The notes: generated from the letters alone by a model not told the origin. Counted from the first letter of the whole stretch, positions 1-11,582 are shown. The stretch: DNA of 63,783 nt, filler included, from Octopus bimaculoides (GCF_001194135.2; 5 parts of 5 records of this genome joined end to end with filler, not necessarily neighbours in it); one strand, 5' to 3'. Numbers and translations are program-made.

Positions 1-362
1 AACACTGTCTGTAGCTGGTCTTCTCTTGGAAGAGCCCTGCTTCTCACATGGACAACTGTATTTTGGCTGCTCAAGAGTGGGCAGCAACAAAAAACCTATT
101 TGTATATGCTCCACAAGGGAAAACAAGGAACATAGTTTACAATGAGGTGTTATAATCACAACAGCAAGAAAGTATGTACATGATCACCTTTTACGAAACT
201 TCATTGACTTTCATATATTTATATTGATATACATATATATACATGTGTTTGAGTGCGTGTGTGTATATACATCTCTATATATAAAGATGATGCGTAGTCT
301 AGACGGCGTTTTTAGATTTCATTATTCTCTTTAACCCGGGCAACGCCGGGCATTTCTGCTAG
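1..362 (+). mobile_element. Helitron 3' end: C-terminus of the Pif1-type helicase (frameshifted) plus terminal hairpin and CTAG
   Basis: Manual translation: frame from nt 2 gives TLSVAGLLLEEPCFSHGQLYFGCSRVGS; after one extra A in the A-run at 89-94 it continues NLFVYAPQGKTRNIVYNEVL* (stop 153-155). This is the typical RepHel helicase C-terminus (FSHGQLYV..SRV...NIVY.EVL). GC hairpin cccgg-gcaacg-ccggg at 335-350, then CTAG (359-362) followed by T. Confidence 0.85.
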
Positions 363-2573
363 TTATTAATAAGTTTGATGTTACTTCTCTTCATTTAATG
401 AAGTTTATTTGTATTGTGCTTCTGTGTATATGCCAGTGTTATAAAAGGTGCTTATCATTAAAGATGTAGTTTAATTCCTTCTGGACCAAAGATGAGTCCA
501 TGGTAATATGCCGTGTAATTCAAATATGTAGCTAAGCCACAAGATTTTTGATTTTAGAAGTAATGCATTAAAATTCTTGCTCATATTTGTGTTATTCCCT
601 TTTGGACAAGGACATTGATACTGAATGATTGATATGAGGTCTGGGAGTTGGACCACGAAGACAAAAGATGAAAGGCAAGTCACATTGAGCTGGCAAATTC
701 AGATTTGTTGAGTTCATTTGTAATAGTGATAGAAGATGCAGGTAGGGACTATAACTCATAGACTGGCAGGAAACAAGATACAAAAATTGCTGCAAAGTTT
801 TGTAGTTACTTTTTGGACATATATTTACATGAAAGATAAGAAAGATTGCAAAATATATTTGGTGGAGTAAGTGGCCACTTGATGAATTCAATGTGATTGC
901 GGGAGTGCTATCAAATCCAGTCACTTTGTAGTGTATAACATTTATAACACTGAGAAGCTATGTCTGCTTTCCCTATTTCCCATAACGGTTTAGTACTTCA
1001 TAAATGACCTTTACTAAACTAATTATCAGTCACTTATTAATCCCTGTTTTGGAGAAATAATAAGTCAGCTTAATTTAATATCTACAATGTATTTTGTTGT
1101 TTTATTTTCCAGTTGTGTTTCCATGATAGTGTGCATTGAAATATCTGGCATTTACACTATATTCATCAAACAAGTTTTTTTCTTTAAGCTTATATGTCTA
1201 ATTTTTTTTTATGGGCATTTGTCATTCTTGACACTAGCCATTTAGTCTGTTAAGTGAAATTGGTACTATTTTAGACAGTATTCTATGAAAATGGCTTTAC
1301 TGATAGACCTGTATGAATCTAACCAGTTTATTACTGTTTCTGAAGATCATTATCATAAAACTACTTGGCTAAAGCAAACTTTTTTTTAACAGATTACTTC
1401 TGTTATCATATTTGGTTGATTTTGGGAATTAATTTTCAACTTGTATGTTTGTATTTTATTGTAAGCTTATGGTAATGGAAGTGATGTTCTGACAGACCCA
1501 AGGCCTTAATTATGACATGGGACCAAGATCAAACTAGACTGTTTAGATCTGCCATTGTAACCTGGAAAAAACAAACAAATAGCAGAAAAGCATGTATATC
1601 CAAAGATTTAAAGTTTGCTCATATTGCATGTAGGAATGAGAGAATTGAAGAATTCCAGATTGCAAGAGAGTTTAGTTGAATCATGTTGTCATTGGTGGAA
1701 GAAGTATTATTTAAAACAATATTGATGCACTTCTTAGCTGTGATAGTGAAAAGAGCATTACAGTAATGTCAGGATGAGAAGGTTTGAAGAAATATGAACG
1801 AGGTAGTGAAAACCTATATCTTATGGAAACAACAAAAGTTACAATTTTGGTTAGTAAGGCAATAGAAATTACGAAAACAGGAAGTTACAGGTCTTTTGGT
1901 TTTTGCAGGAAATTGTCATCCCCAGTGACTTGTGTAGCATTAATGTTATCAGCCTATTACAAGAGCAAGGAAACTATATTATATTTGGAGAACATGAGGA
2001 GAGAGAGAGAGAGAGAGAGAGAAAAAGTGGGGGTAATTATAGATATTTCAGTTTATGAAACTAGTAGAAAGAGTTGTACGAAAGTGAGTACAAGTTTGAA
2101 GCTGGTTGAGATGCAGTTGGCTTTCTACTAGGATGTGAATTCACTAGACAGTTCTAAATCCTTTGTCCCCTCACCCAAGTATCCTACAGTCTTCCTTATT
2201 TTGTGACCTGTAGATGCCAAGGTGCAGCCAAATAACTAATGAGAAATTTCTGGCAGTTTATATAGATAAGCAAAGTTAAATTAAAACTGAGATTTTAATT
2301 TAATTTGAACACTTTAATATATTTGGTTCTAGGATGGGTGATATGAAGAGATCAAAAGCAGCATTGAGTAGATTGACATATATGAAGGATTAACGAATTG
2401 TTCTTATGATAAAGATACAAAAAAAAAAAATGAAAATATATAAACAATAAAACTCAAAACAAATACCTTGTGTCCCCTACATGGAAGTCCTCAGTATATG
2501 TTACTTCGTGTACATCTCTTTTTTTTTTTTTAAATGTGTTGTATATCTTATGTCTTATATTTTCTTTTTGCAG

Positions 2574-2697
2574 TTGGTCTTCCAGAAAGGTGATCTTATC
2601 ACGGTAACCCAGGTAGTAGATGGTGGATGGTGGGAAGGTACTCTAAATGGTAAAACTGGCTGGTTCCCAAGTAACTATGTGAAAGAGTATAAACCTG
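2574..2697 (+). CDS. ARHGEF7: PIX-family RhoGEF, SH3-domain exon (first exon visible in window)
   Basis: Polypyrimidine tract + CAG acceptor (2571-2573); [41 protein letters not shown], with the [18 protein letters not shown] signature of the PIX SH3; GTAAAT donor at 2698; 124 nt, ends phase 1. Confidence 0.93.
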
Positions 2698-2824
2698 GTA
2701 AATAATTGACTTTTATTCCTCATTTTCACTGATTTTTTTCAACTATTTATATCTTCACATGCAATTTTAATATTTTTAAACTTAGTTTTCATCTAACTTT
2801 CTACTTACTTCACTTCTTTCTTTT

Positions 2825-4938
2825 CATCATCATCATCATGGCATGGATTGGATGGTTTGACTGAGAACTGGCAAGCTGGGAGGCTGCACCAGGCTCCATT
2901 CTGATTTGGCAAGGTTTCTACAGCTGGATGCCCTTCCAAATGCCAACCACTCTGAGAGTGTAGTGGGTGCTTATATGTGCCACCAGCATGGGAACCAGTC
3001 AGGCAGCACTGGCATTGACCATGCTCAAATGGTGTTTTTTATGTGCCACCAGCATGGGTGCCAGTTAGAAGGCACTGGCAGTGAGCTGGCAGAATCGTTA
3101 GCATGCCGGGCAAAATGTTTAGCGGTATTTCGTCTGCCGCTACATTCTAAGTTCAAATTCTGCCGAGGTCGACTTTGCCTTTCATCCTTTCGGGGTCGAT
3201 TAAATAAGTACCAGTTATGCACTGGAGTTGGTATAATCGACGTAATCTGTTTGTCTGTCCTTGTTTGTCTTCTCTATGTGTAGCCCCTTGTGGGCAATAA
3301 AGAAATAAGAAGGCACTGGCATCATTCATGCTCGAATAGTGGTTTTTATGTGCCAGTCAGGCCACACTAGTATCAGCCACCCTTGAATGGTGGTTTTTAC
3401 ATGCCTCTGACATGGGTGCTAGTCAGGCAGCACTGGCATCGGCCATGATCAAATGGTACTTTTTATGTACCACCAGCATGGGTGTGGCACTGGCATCAAC
3501 CATGACTACGATTTCACTCGGTTCAACAGGTCTTCACAAGGATGGCATATTGCCCAATGATTGAAGGGTACTTTTAAATGGGCCAGTTATGCGACACTGG
3601 CGTTGGCCTTGACTATGATCTCATTTAGCTTTCTGAGTTTTCTCAAGCATAGCATATCTCCAAAAGTCTCAGTTGCTTGTCATTGCCTCTGTGAGGCCCA
3701 ACGTTTGAAGGTCGTGCTTCATCACCGCCTCCCATGTTTTCCTGGGTCTACCTTTTCCACAGGTTCCCTCCACTGTTAGGGTTTGACACTTCTTCACACA
3801 GCTCTCCTCATCCATACATAGCACATGACCATACCAGCACAGTCGTCTCTCTTGCACACCACATCTGATGATTTTTATGTCCAAATTTTCTCTCAAGGCA
3901 CTTGCACTCTGTTGTGTATGCACACTGACATTACACATCCAGCAGAGCATACTAGCTTCATTTTTTTCAAGTCTACGCATGTCCTCAGCACTCACAGCCC
4001 TTGTTTCACTGCTGTGTAGCATGGCTGTTCGCACACATGCATCATACAGTCTACCTTTCACTCTGAGAGAGAGACCCTTTGTCACCAGCAGAGGTAAGAG
4101 CTCTCTGAACTTTGGCCAGGCTATTCTTATCCTAGCAGCTACACTCTCAGAGCATCCACTCCTGCTACTGACTTGGTCAGCTCAGCTAGGTAACGGAAGC
4201 TATCAATTACTCCTGGCATGTGATGGAATCTGTTTTCTGTACATCTTGGGTGTTTATTGCACTTGTGCATCTGCCACACACCAAAACTATCTTCCTAGTT
4301 AACCTTCCTTTGATATTGTTGCACTTCTTATGTGTCCATAGCTTACACCGGGTACATCTTATGGAGTTTCTACCTATGACTTTTCTACAGATTGAGCAAG
4401 GCCATCTGTCTGAAGAGATTTGTGATTTGTCCGCCTTCCTACTTACTAAGACTTTGGTTTTTGCTAGGTTAACTCTAAGGCCCTTTGATTCTACAGCTTG
4501 CTTCCACATCTAAAATTTCTTCCTTAGTTCTGGTAGTGATTTGGCTATAAAAACAAGGTCATCAGCATAGAGGAGCACCTGGGGCAGCCCGTCTTAAATT
4601 CCTCTGTTATTGTCTGGAGAGGACTATGTTGAACAAGTGGGGACTGATCCTTGGTGAACCCTTACGTCTACCCTAAATTCATTGCTATATTTGTTGCTAA
4701 CCTTTACCTTACTGACAGCATCCCTGTACATGGCTTGTATTACTCTCACCAATCACTCATCTATCCTTAGCTTCCACATTGACCATTAGATAAGAGAACA
4801 GGGAACTCTGTCAAAGGCTTTCTCCATGTTGACAAAAGCCAGGTACAGACTAGATATTTCTCCTGCAGTTGCCTAACCTGGAATATATAGCATCAGTCAT
4901 GCTCCTGCTTGGCACAAATCTGAACTGCATCTCATCTA
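2825..4938 (-). mobile_element. RTE-clade LINE, degraded 3' ~2.1 kb (RT domain, C-terminus, 3' UTR, (GAT)n tail), interrupted by a SINE
   Basis: Minus-strand fragments: LAFVNMEKAFDRVP, GVHQGSVLSPLLFNIV-like, LLYADDLVFIA (YADD at 4558-4569), GLRVNLAKTKVL, KGRLYDACVRTAMLHSSE, WYGHVLCM..GRPRKTW. Several stops and frameshifts. Tail reads as (CAT)n at 2825-2839. The 5' side ends in a TA array and an N gap. Confidence 0.9.
3077..3310 (+). mobile_element. tRNA-derived SINE with Meta/Sauria-like core, subtype A tail, with target-site duplication
   Basis: Head ggcagtgagctggcagaatcgttagc, B-box-like agttcaaattc, core gtcgactttgcctttcatcctttcggggtcgattaaataagtaccag, tail aaagaaataagaa. agaaggcactggca is repeated at 3067-3080 and 3308-3321. 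The family name is recalled, not searched. Confidence 0.8.
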
Positions 4939-4941
4939 CAT

Positions 4942-4990
<49 letters not shown>

Positions 4991-6286
4991 NNNNNNNNNN
5001 NNNNNNNNNNNNNNNNNNNNNNNNNNNNNNNNNNNNNNNNNNNNNNNNNNNNNNNNNNNNNNNNNNNNNNNNNNNNNNNNNNNNNNNNNNNNNNNNNNNN
5101 NNNNNNNNNNNNNNNNNNNNNNNNNNNNNNNNNNNNNNNNNNNNNNNNNNNNNNNNNNNNNNNNNNNNNNNNNNNNNNNNNNNNNNNNNNNNNNNNNNNN
5201 NNNNNNNNNNNNNNNNNNNNNNNNNNNNNNNNNNNNNNNNNNNNNNNNNNNNNNNNNNNNNNNNNNNNNNNNNNNNNNNNNNNNNNNNNNNNNNNNNNNN
5301 NNNNNNNNNNNNNNNNNNNNNNNNNNNNNNNNNNNNNNNNNNNNNNNNNNNNNNNNNNNNNNNNNNNNNNNNNNNNNNNNNNNNNNNNNNNNNNNNNNNN
5401 NNNNNNNNNNNNNNNCGGCTAGTGAGTTCAAACACTTCACTCCAAAATTGTTAATTATTAATTCTATTACTAATTGACGATTCCCTGCCCTTATTTCTGT
5501 ATATTTTATATTTGATGCCTCTAAGTTGGATGGTTAAACCGTAATCCCTTCATACGGGACTATTTGTGACGCACATAGAATAGATTTCTTTAGAGTGAAG
5601 TGTTTGAACTCACAAGCCGATAAATTAGTAAGTGCTTTTCCCCATGTTGGTTTTTGGTGTCGCATGGCCAAAAATTACCGTGAATTTTTTTAGAGACACT
5701 TTCAAATTTATCAGTGTTAATACAGCTACTCATAGTTTCCTGGTCAAAATAATTTATTCTGCCCTTTATCAAGCTTGAAAACAAGACTGTATGTTGTCTT
5801 TTGAGCAGATAACTTTTAAACAAGAGACGCTTGTAAAGAAGAAGACAAGAAGAAAAACACAAAGGAGATAACTAATGTTACAATAATTCAATGTCAAGCA
5901 AACATAAACAAGTTGTTAATGGTTTGATAAGTGTCTGGTGCCCTACTTTTAAATACTGACAAGATGTATTTCTTGAAATGCGAACTAACAAGAAAAATGT
6001 TCCCCAAATTTATGTATTCATTGAAGGTTCTCAAGTTTTTTTTTTAAGAGATACAGTTTTCTAAGAGAACACCCTTAACATTTTTTGGACCTATTAATAT
6101 AGGAACACAAGGAAATAAAGGATGGTTGAATAAGTTATTTTGACTAGGAAACCCTAGGTAGCTGTCTTTACAAGATTTGTGGTTTTTCATTATAAGAGTA
6201 TCTTCATTCTTTTAGCTTATCAAGTGCTTTTCTAGTACTTGTTGAAGCATTACCACATTATATGTATATATATAAACACACACACA

Positions 6287-6588
6287 TACATGCATATATG
6301 GGTACAGGACATCACCAACGGTGCAGATAACATGAAATACGTAAGCGAGAAAAATTTAAAATAGGACAAGTAAACACAAAGAAGGGACCCTTCATTAGTT
6401 GTTGGCTGTCTATCTACTCTTCATTTTGAGCATTATAGACAGCCGACAACTGATAAAGGGTCCTTTCTCTGCGTTTACTTGTCCTGTTTTCCATTTATTT
6501 CTTGTTGTTTACATATTTAACTCGTTTGTTTTATGTATTATGTGTTATTTGCACTGTTGGTGATGTCCTGTACCCATATATGCATGTA
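6287..6588. mobile_element. ~300 bp fold-back (inverted-repeat) element; family also at 23450-23646 and 46760-46941
   Basis: tacatgcatatatgggtacaggacatcacca (6287) is the reverse complement of tggtgatgtcctgtacccatatatgcatgta (ends 6588); inner arms ggacccttcattagttgttggctgtcta / tagacagccgacaactgataaagggtcc. Confidence 0.75.
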
Positions 6589-6638
6589 TATATATATATT
6601 ATTTATTATTTAATTGAACGCGACACATCCATTTCCGA

Positions 6639-6683
<45 letters not shown>

Positions 6684-6989
6684 CATATATGTTTCATAGG
6701 ATCTAATGAGCAGCTGGACTGCATCTTGTTCAAGTATCACCATGGTTTCTTTCTTTTGGCTGGATGTCCTTCCTAACCTGAACCCCTTCCCAGTGTGTAG
6801 TGGGTGCTCTTTCCTTTGCTGTCATCACTAGTGAGGTCACGCTGCAGCTTACAAAACTAGGATCCTCGAGTGAAGTAGCTCTGTGCTCAGAGATGAAGGG
6901 GTTAACGTATGGGGGTAGGGGCTTGAGTTGAACAGCTTTTTGCTTTAGAGAAGCTGCATGATTACTCATTTTAGAATATTGGCTATGTT

Positions 6990-7500
6990 ATCACATGGAG
7001 CTGGGAAGCGATAAAGATAGTGGTGATGAAGTGTGTGGGTGGATCCTCAAGGTATTAGATGAATGGGGTCAGAGGAACCAGGAATGTGGGTGGATAGATG
7101 TTAGTGTATGGGAGAGTGAGAGAGGGGGGGATGAGTGCTGTTGGTGTGAATATAATGAATGAAGAACAGGTGTTGAGGGGATGGATGTAGTGGCTGGTGG
7201 ATAAAGGGATAGGGAGGAGGGTGTCCAATTATGCATGTTGGGTGAAGAACTGTACTAGAGTAATATTGATGCAGAAGGCAAAGGAATGATCAAAATGTGA
7301 GAAAGGAATGCTGTGTGATTGCATAGGTTGCAGTCCATGTGAAGGCATAGAGCATGGGGGAGAGTGAGAGATGTGTGGTGGTGGAGACGGAGATATAATT
7401 TAGTGTCTCAGGATGAGATCAAAATAAAAAGGCTGAAAGGTGGATATCAAGTGTCATGGTTCTGGCCAGTGAGAAAGATTAGTGATATCAAGGAAAAGCT
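6990..7500 (-). mobile_element. Possible highly degraded CR1/L2-like LINE 3' region
   Basis: Purine-rich plus strand; minus-strand fragments such as SLCLLHQYYSS and HTNSTHPPSLSPYTNIYPPTF loosely resemble CR1-type ORF2 C-termini. No intact motif. Confidence 0.3.
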
Positions 7501-7509
7501 TTTTGAAAG

Positions 7510-7902
7510 TTGACATATGGTGGAGGTGTGTTGAGGAAGAAAGTGGGCAAGGGCTCCAGATATGCATATATATGGGCACAGTGCTTTTAGACTTTTGTTT
7601 TACTGATTGGGACAGAACTTATTTTATCTGTATATTTATGTGTGCGCATATGTGTGTGCACGTGTGTGTGTGTGCATATACATGTGTGTGTATATTTACA
7701 TACATGTATGTTTATATATGTGCATGTATGTATATATATATATATTATACACACACACACATATATATGTATGTAATATATACATATGTATACATAAGCA
7801 TATATGCACACATACTGACATGTACATGTACACATACACATTATATATACATACATGCACATATATAAACATACATGTATGTAAATATACACACATGCAT
7901 AT

Positions 7903-7946
<44 letters not shown>

Positions 7947-8092
7947 GCACATACACACATAAATATACAGATAAAATAAGTTCTGTCCCAATTAGTAAAA
8001 CAAAAGTCTAAAAGCACTGTGTTTATATATATATATGCATATCTGGAGCCCTTGCCCACTTTCCTCCTCAAGACACCTCCACCATATGTCAA
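7510..8092. repeat. ~580 bp imperfect palindrome (inverted duplication of ~150 bp unique sequence plus microsatellite)
   Basis: ttgacatatggtggaggtgt...gggacagaacttattttatctgtatatttatgtgtg (from 7510) recurs as its reverse complement ending at 8092. The ORF track shows mirror ORFs MGQNLFYLYIYVC on both strands. Confidence 0.9.
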
Positions 8093-8180
8093 TGAGGTGC
8101 TGTGCAATGGGACTGAACCCGGAACCATGTGGTTGGGAAGCAAGCTTCTTACCACACGGCCATGTCTGTGCCTATGTGTA
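8093..8180 (-). mobile_element. tRNA-derived SINE head fragment (OK-like family)
   Basis: Reverse complement matches the head of the 42346 copy (ggccgtgtggtaagaagcttgcttcccaaccacatggttccgggttcagtccc). Confidence 0.7.
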
Positions 8181-10118
8181 TATATATATATATATATATA
8201 TAAAGGTTTATAGGGAAAAAATATTTAAAGCATTTGCAAATAGGAGAGTTCTAATGTTACTAAATGTTCCAGAGATTGATGTCTGTCCAAATTGTTTGAG
8301 AAATATTTTTGAAATAATGTGATTTAGGTATTTATTTGCTTTTCTGTGATTATATTTACATCTCACATATTCTCCTGTGTAGTGGTTTGTGACAGTCATT
8401 ATTCTCTCTGAGCAGTGTTTTTACTATTGTATAGCCATTACCCAGTCACCAATGCTACATTGTTTATAGCTAATAGAAAGCTGTAAGTTAGAGCACATGA
8501 TTTCAATTGTGTTTCAACTATGTAACATTTTTTAATTCTATTCATTGTTTTCTCTATTACCACTTTAGTTCATATGATTCTCTGTTTCTCAAGGGTAAAA
8601 GAATGGGCATAGTAGTCATTTTGTTGCACTGATGATAACATTCTGCTGGATTTAATTTTTGTTATTTACAAATGTTTCGTACTGTATGTATTATTTTTGT
8701 TGTGGTATAGGTAATTCTGAAAAAATTTTTAATCTCTGATTTGGTATTGATGAACATACTTTCTCACTTATTTCATAGCTTATAATTATTGTTAATTTGT
8801 TCCTTTTACAGTTTTGTACTGATGTAAATATATGTGAATGGTTCTCATAGGTGAAATTTGTGGATTTGAAATTGGTTTTCCAATTTGCCTAGATATAAAT
8901 TTGTTGTATTATCCCTCCTGCTATTAATCAGTGTATATCTTATTGGTTTAATGATAATCTTTTTAAATGTTCAGATAATATTTATCAATTGGATCGATTT
9001 TTATTTTCTATATAGGAAAGTTTTAAAATCATAAATGTTCATTAAATATTGCTTACCTTTGGTTTACGTTTCCACAGAAGTAATTTATTTTTATGTCTTC
9101 ACTGTTCAGCTAATGTTTATTTTCTTTTACTCATCACATGTATAGCTTTGAAATTTAATATCCTTCTTGAAGATGATGGATTTGTAATATTTTCTGAATC
9201 ATTTCTGCATTATTAATTACTTTAATTATCTATAGATAATTTATTGAATTCTGAAAGAAAGTATAATCATACCTATACATTAGTTACTTTCTTCTTCTCT
9301 TTTTGATTTTATAATTTTTCTTTAATTTATTTATTTTAAGTTAATTTCATGGCAATATATCAACTCACAGTATTGTGTTTTTAAATGCATTATTATTTTT
9401 TGCTAGATTGATTTCTAAGTATTTAACAAAAGTTCACTCAGATCAATCGTTTATATTTTAGTGATATTGAAAATGAGATGTTCATTTTCTGATCTTTTAT
9501 TATAAGAACGAGCTAATTTTAACTACTAAAATGTAGAATTATGTCAAATTCTGATGAAATAGTCAACTCTTTAGTTTATTAAGAAGCTTTATCCATACAT
9601 GTATTATTGCCTTGGTATTAAAAAGATCCACCATGGGAAGAAGCCGTAAGAGAATTTTCCTCTTTTATAGTTTATCTAATGTTCATTTAACTAACATAAT
9701 TAATTGGAAATAAATTATTTCATTACAAAGCCATAAAGCACTGGAGTTCTTGAAAATTGCAGAGTAAATTACTCTACATTCATTTTAGTATTTCAGTTGT
9801 TGAATCTGTTTAAAAAGGGCAAGCTACAAGGCTTGACATGATGTCCAGCCTTTCATGGTTGAGACAAATATATTTTATTGAATTAACTCAATTTACTATT
9901 CTTCTACCTTAAAGAAATTGACCTTGCTCCTAGTTAAAAATTTTAAATTTACTCTTGATGTAGAAATAAATTGATTTTATTTATTTGTGCAATTAGGCTT
10001 TAATTTTGTAAACATTATTCCTTATAACAATTTCTAGAAATAAAGTTTATATCTATATATATACACACACACACACATTAGATGAAAAATATTCAAGCTA
10101 CAATTTTTTCTGTTTCAG

Positions 10119-10210
10119 ATCCCGTGTCTAGTCCACCAAAACTTACTCCACCTGATGTCAAAAGTACATTAGAAAACAACCGAGAAAATACAAATTTTTA
10201 TCATAATGTT
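10119..10210 (+). CDS. ARHGEF7: PIX-family RhoGEF, SH3-DH linker exon
   Basis: tttcag acceptor; G+AT completes Asp; DPVSSPPKLTPPDVKSTLENNRENTNFYHNV; GTAAGT donor at 10211; 92 nt, phase 1 in and phase 0 out. Confidence 0.88.
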
Positions 10211-10461
10211 GTAAGTAGTTCCTTCTGGCTTATTCCTAAACATCGTGGGCTATCACTTGTACAATCAAATATTGAATTCCAGAATCATAATTTTTATTGA
10301 TCTTATTTGATTTATCTCTTTTTTTTTTATATCGATCTCATCCTACTTTTGTTGAAGCTGGAAGAACTTTCCCCAGAGAATATCACAAGTATCAACTACT
10401 CAAAATGTTGTTTTTCTGTTTTATGTTATGTCATTTCTGATAAGCCGATAGTATTTCATTT

Positions 10462-10533
<72 letters not shown>

Positions 10534-10550
10534 ATGTATATGTAGTTGTG

Positions 10551-10969
10551 GCTGATGCCAGTGCCACCTGACTGGCTCCCATGCTGGTGGCATGCAATAA
10601 GCACCATGCATGCATGGGTCATTGCCAGTGATGCCTGTCTGGCTCCCCATGCCGGAGGCACATAAAAACGCGTCATCTGAATGTGGCCGATGCCAGCCTC
10701 CCTGCCCTGACTGGCTCCTGTGCCGGTAGCATGTAAAAAGCACCATCTGAACGTGGCCGATACCAGTGCCACCTGACTGGCCCCCATGCCGGTGGTACAT
10801 AAAAAGCACCCACTTACACTCTCGGAGTGGTTGGCGTTAGGAAGGACATCTAGCTGTAGAAACACTGCCCGATCAGGTTGGAGCTTGGTGTGGCCTCCTT
10901 GCTTGCCAGTCCCCAGTCAAAACATCCAACCCATGCCAGCTTGGAAAACGGACGTTAAATGATGATGAT
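10551..10969 (+). mobile_element. RTE LINE 3' UTR copy with ~5 hairpin units and (GAT)n tail
   Basis: Repeated gccagt-N8-actggc units, then aaaagcacccac..ggcgttaggaagg.catc.agctgtagaaa..ggacgttaaatgatgatgat. Confidence 0.85.
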
Positions 10970-11582
10970 AGTGATATCTTCATCTAGTGTAATAAGTGCA
11001 AGTTGGCCTTATGAAGTAGGTTTCTCTGATACCTATAATTCTAGTATTAAGGATATGGAAAGTTTTGACATATGTCTTTTCCAAGGATATAAGTAAACCC
11101 AAATGAGTCCATCTGGAAGGTGGGACAGAGCCAATGGTCTAGCTTGCTGAAAGTTTACCTCCACTGTAAATAGACTATTGAACTACAATAACATGTTAAT
11201 GTTGATGACTGGTCATATGTAGCTCATTTGGCTGAAATGATCCGAAAGGATTTTTCTGTCCTTGCTTTTAATAACAGTTACACATTTAATGATATTCTTC
11301 AATTAGGTTAATGAAGAGTGATATCAGCTACTTTTTACTTTCAGATTACTTTGGTCATTTTCTAAGGTTATTATAATTATACCTCTTGAAGGCATGTCTT
11401 TTGTCCTCTGATCTATGTAACTGTATTTTACCAGGTTACACTTGATAGTGTTTAGTGCTATGTAACTACAAGTTCTTTCTATGTTCCTGTTCTTCTTCCT
11501 CATCACTGAAGTGATGAAGAGAAACAATGTGTGCAGTGGTGTAATCCATGGTTGTTTCAGAAATAGTTTTTGTTTTCCTATT

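Noticed and set aside
1784-2131. Upstream PIX exon (expected ...NEDE before the SH3 exon)
   Set aside because: No matching peptide with proper splice sites was found in 363-2573.
2900-3660. Repeat-spacer-like arrays in RTE 3' UTR copies as a CRISPR array
   Set aside because: Units are degenerate, the spacers are homologous to each other, there are no cas genes, the context is eukaryotic, and the arrays are part of a LINE tail.
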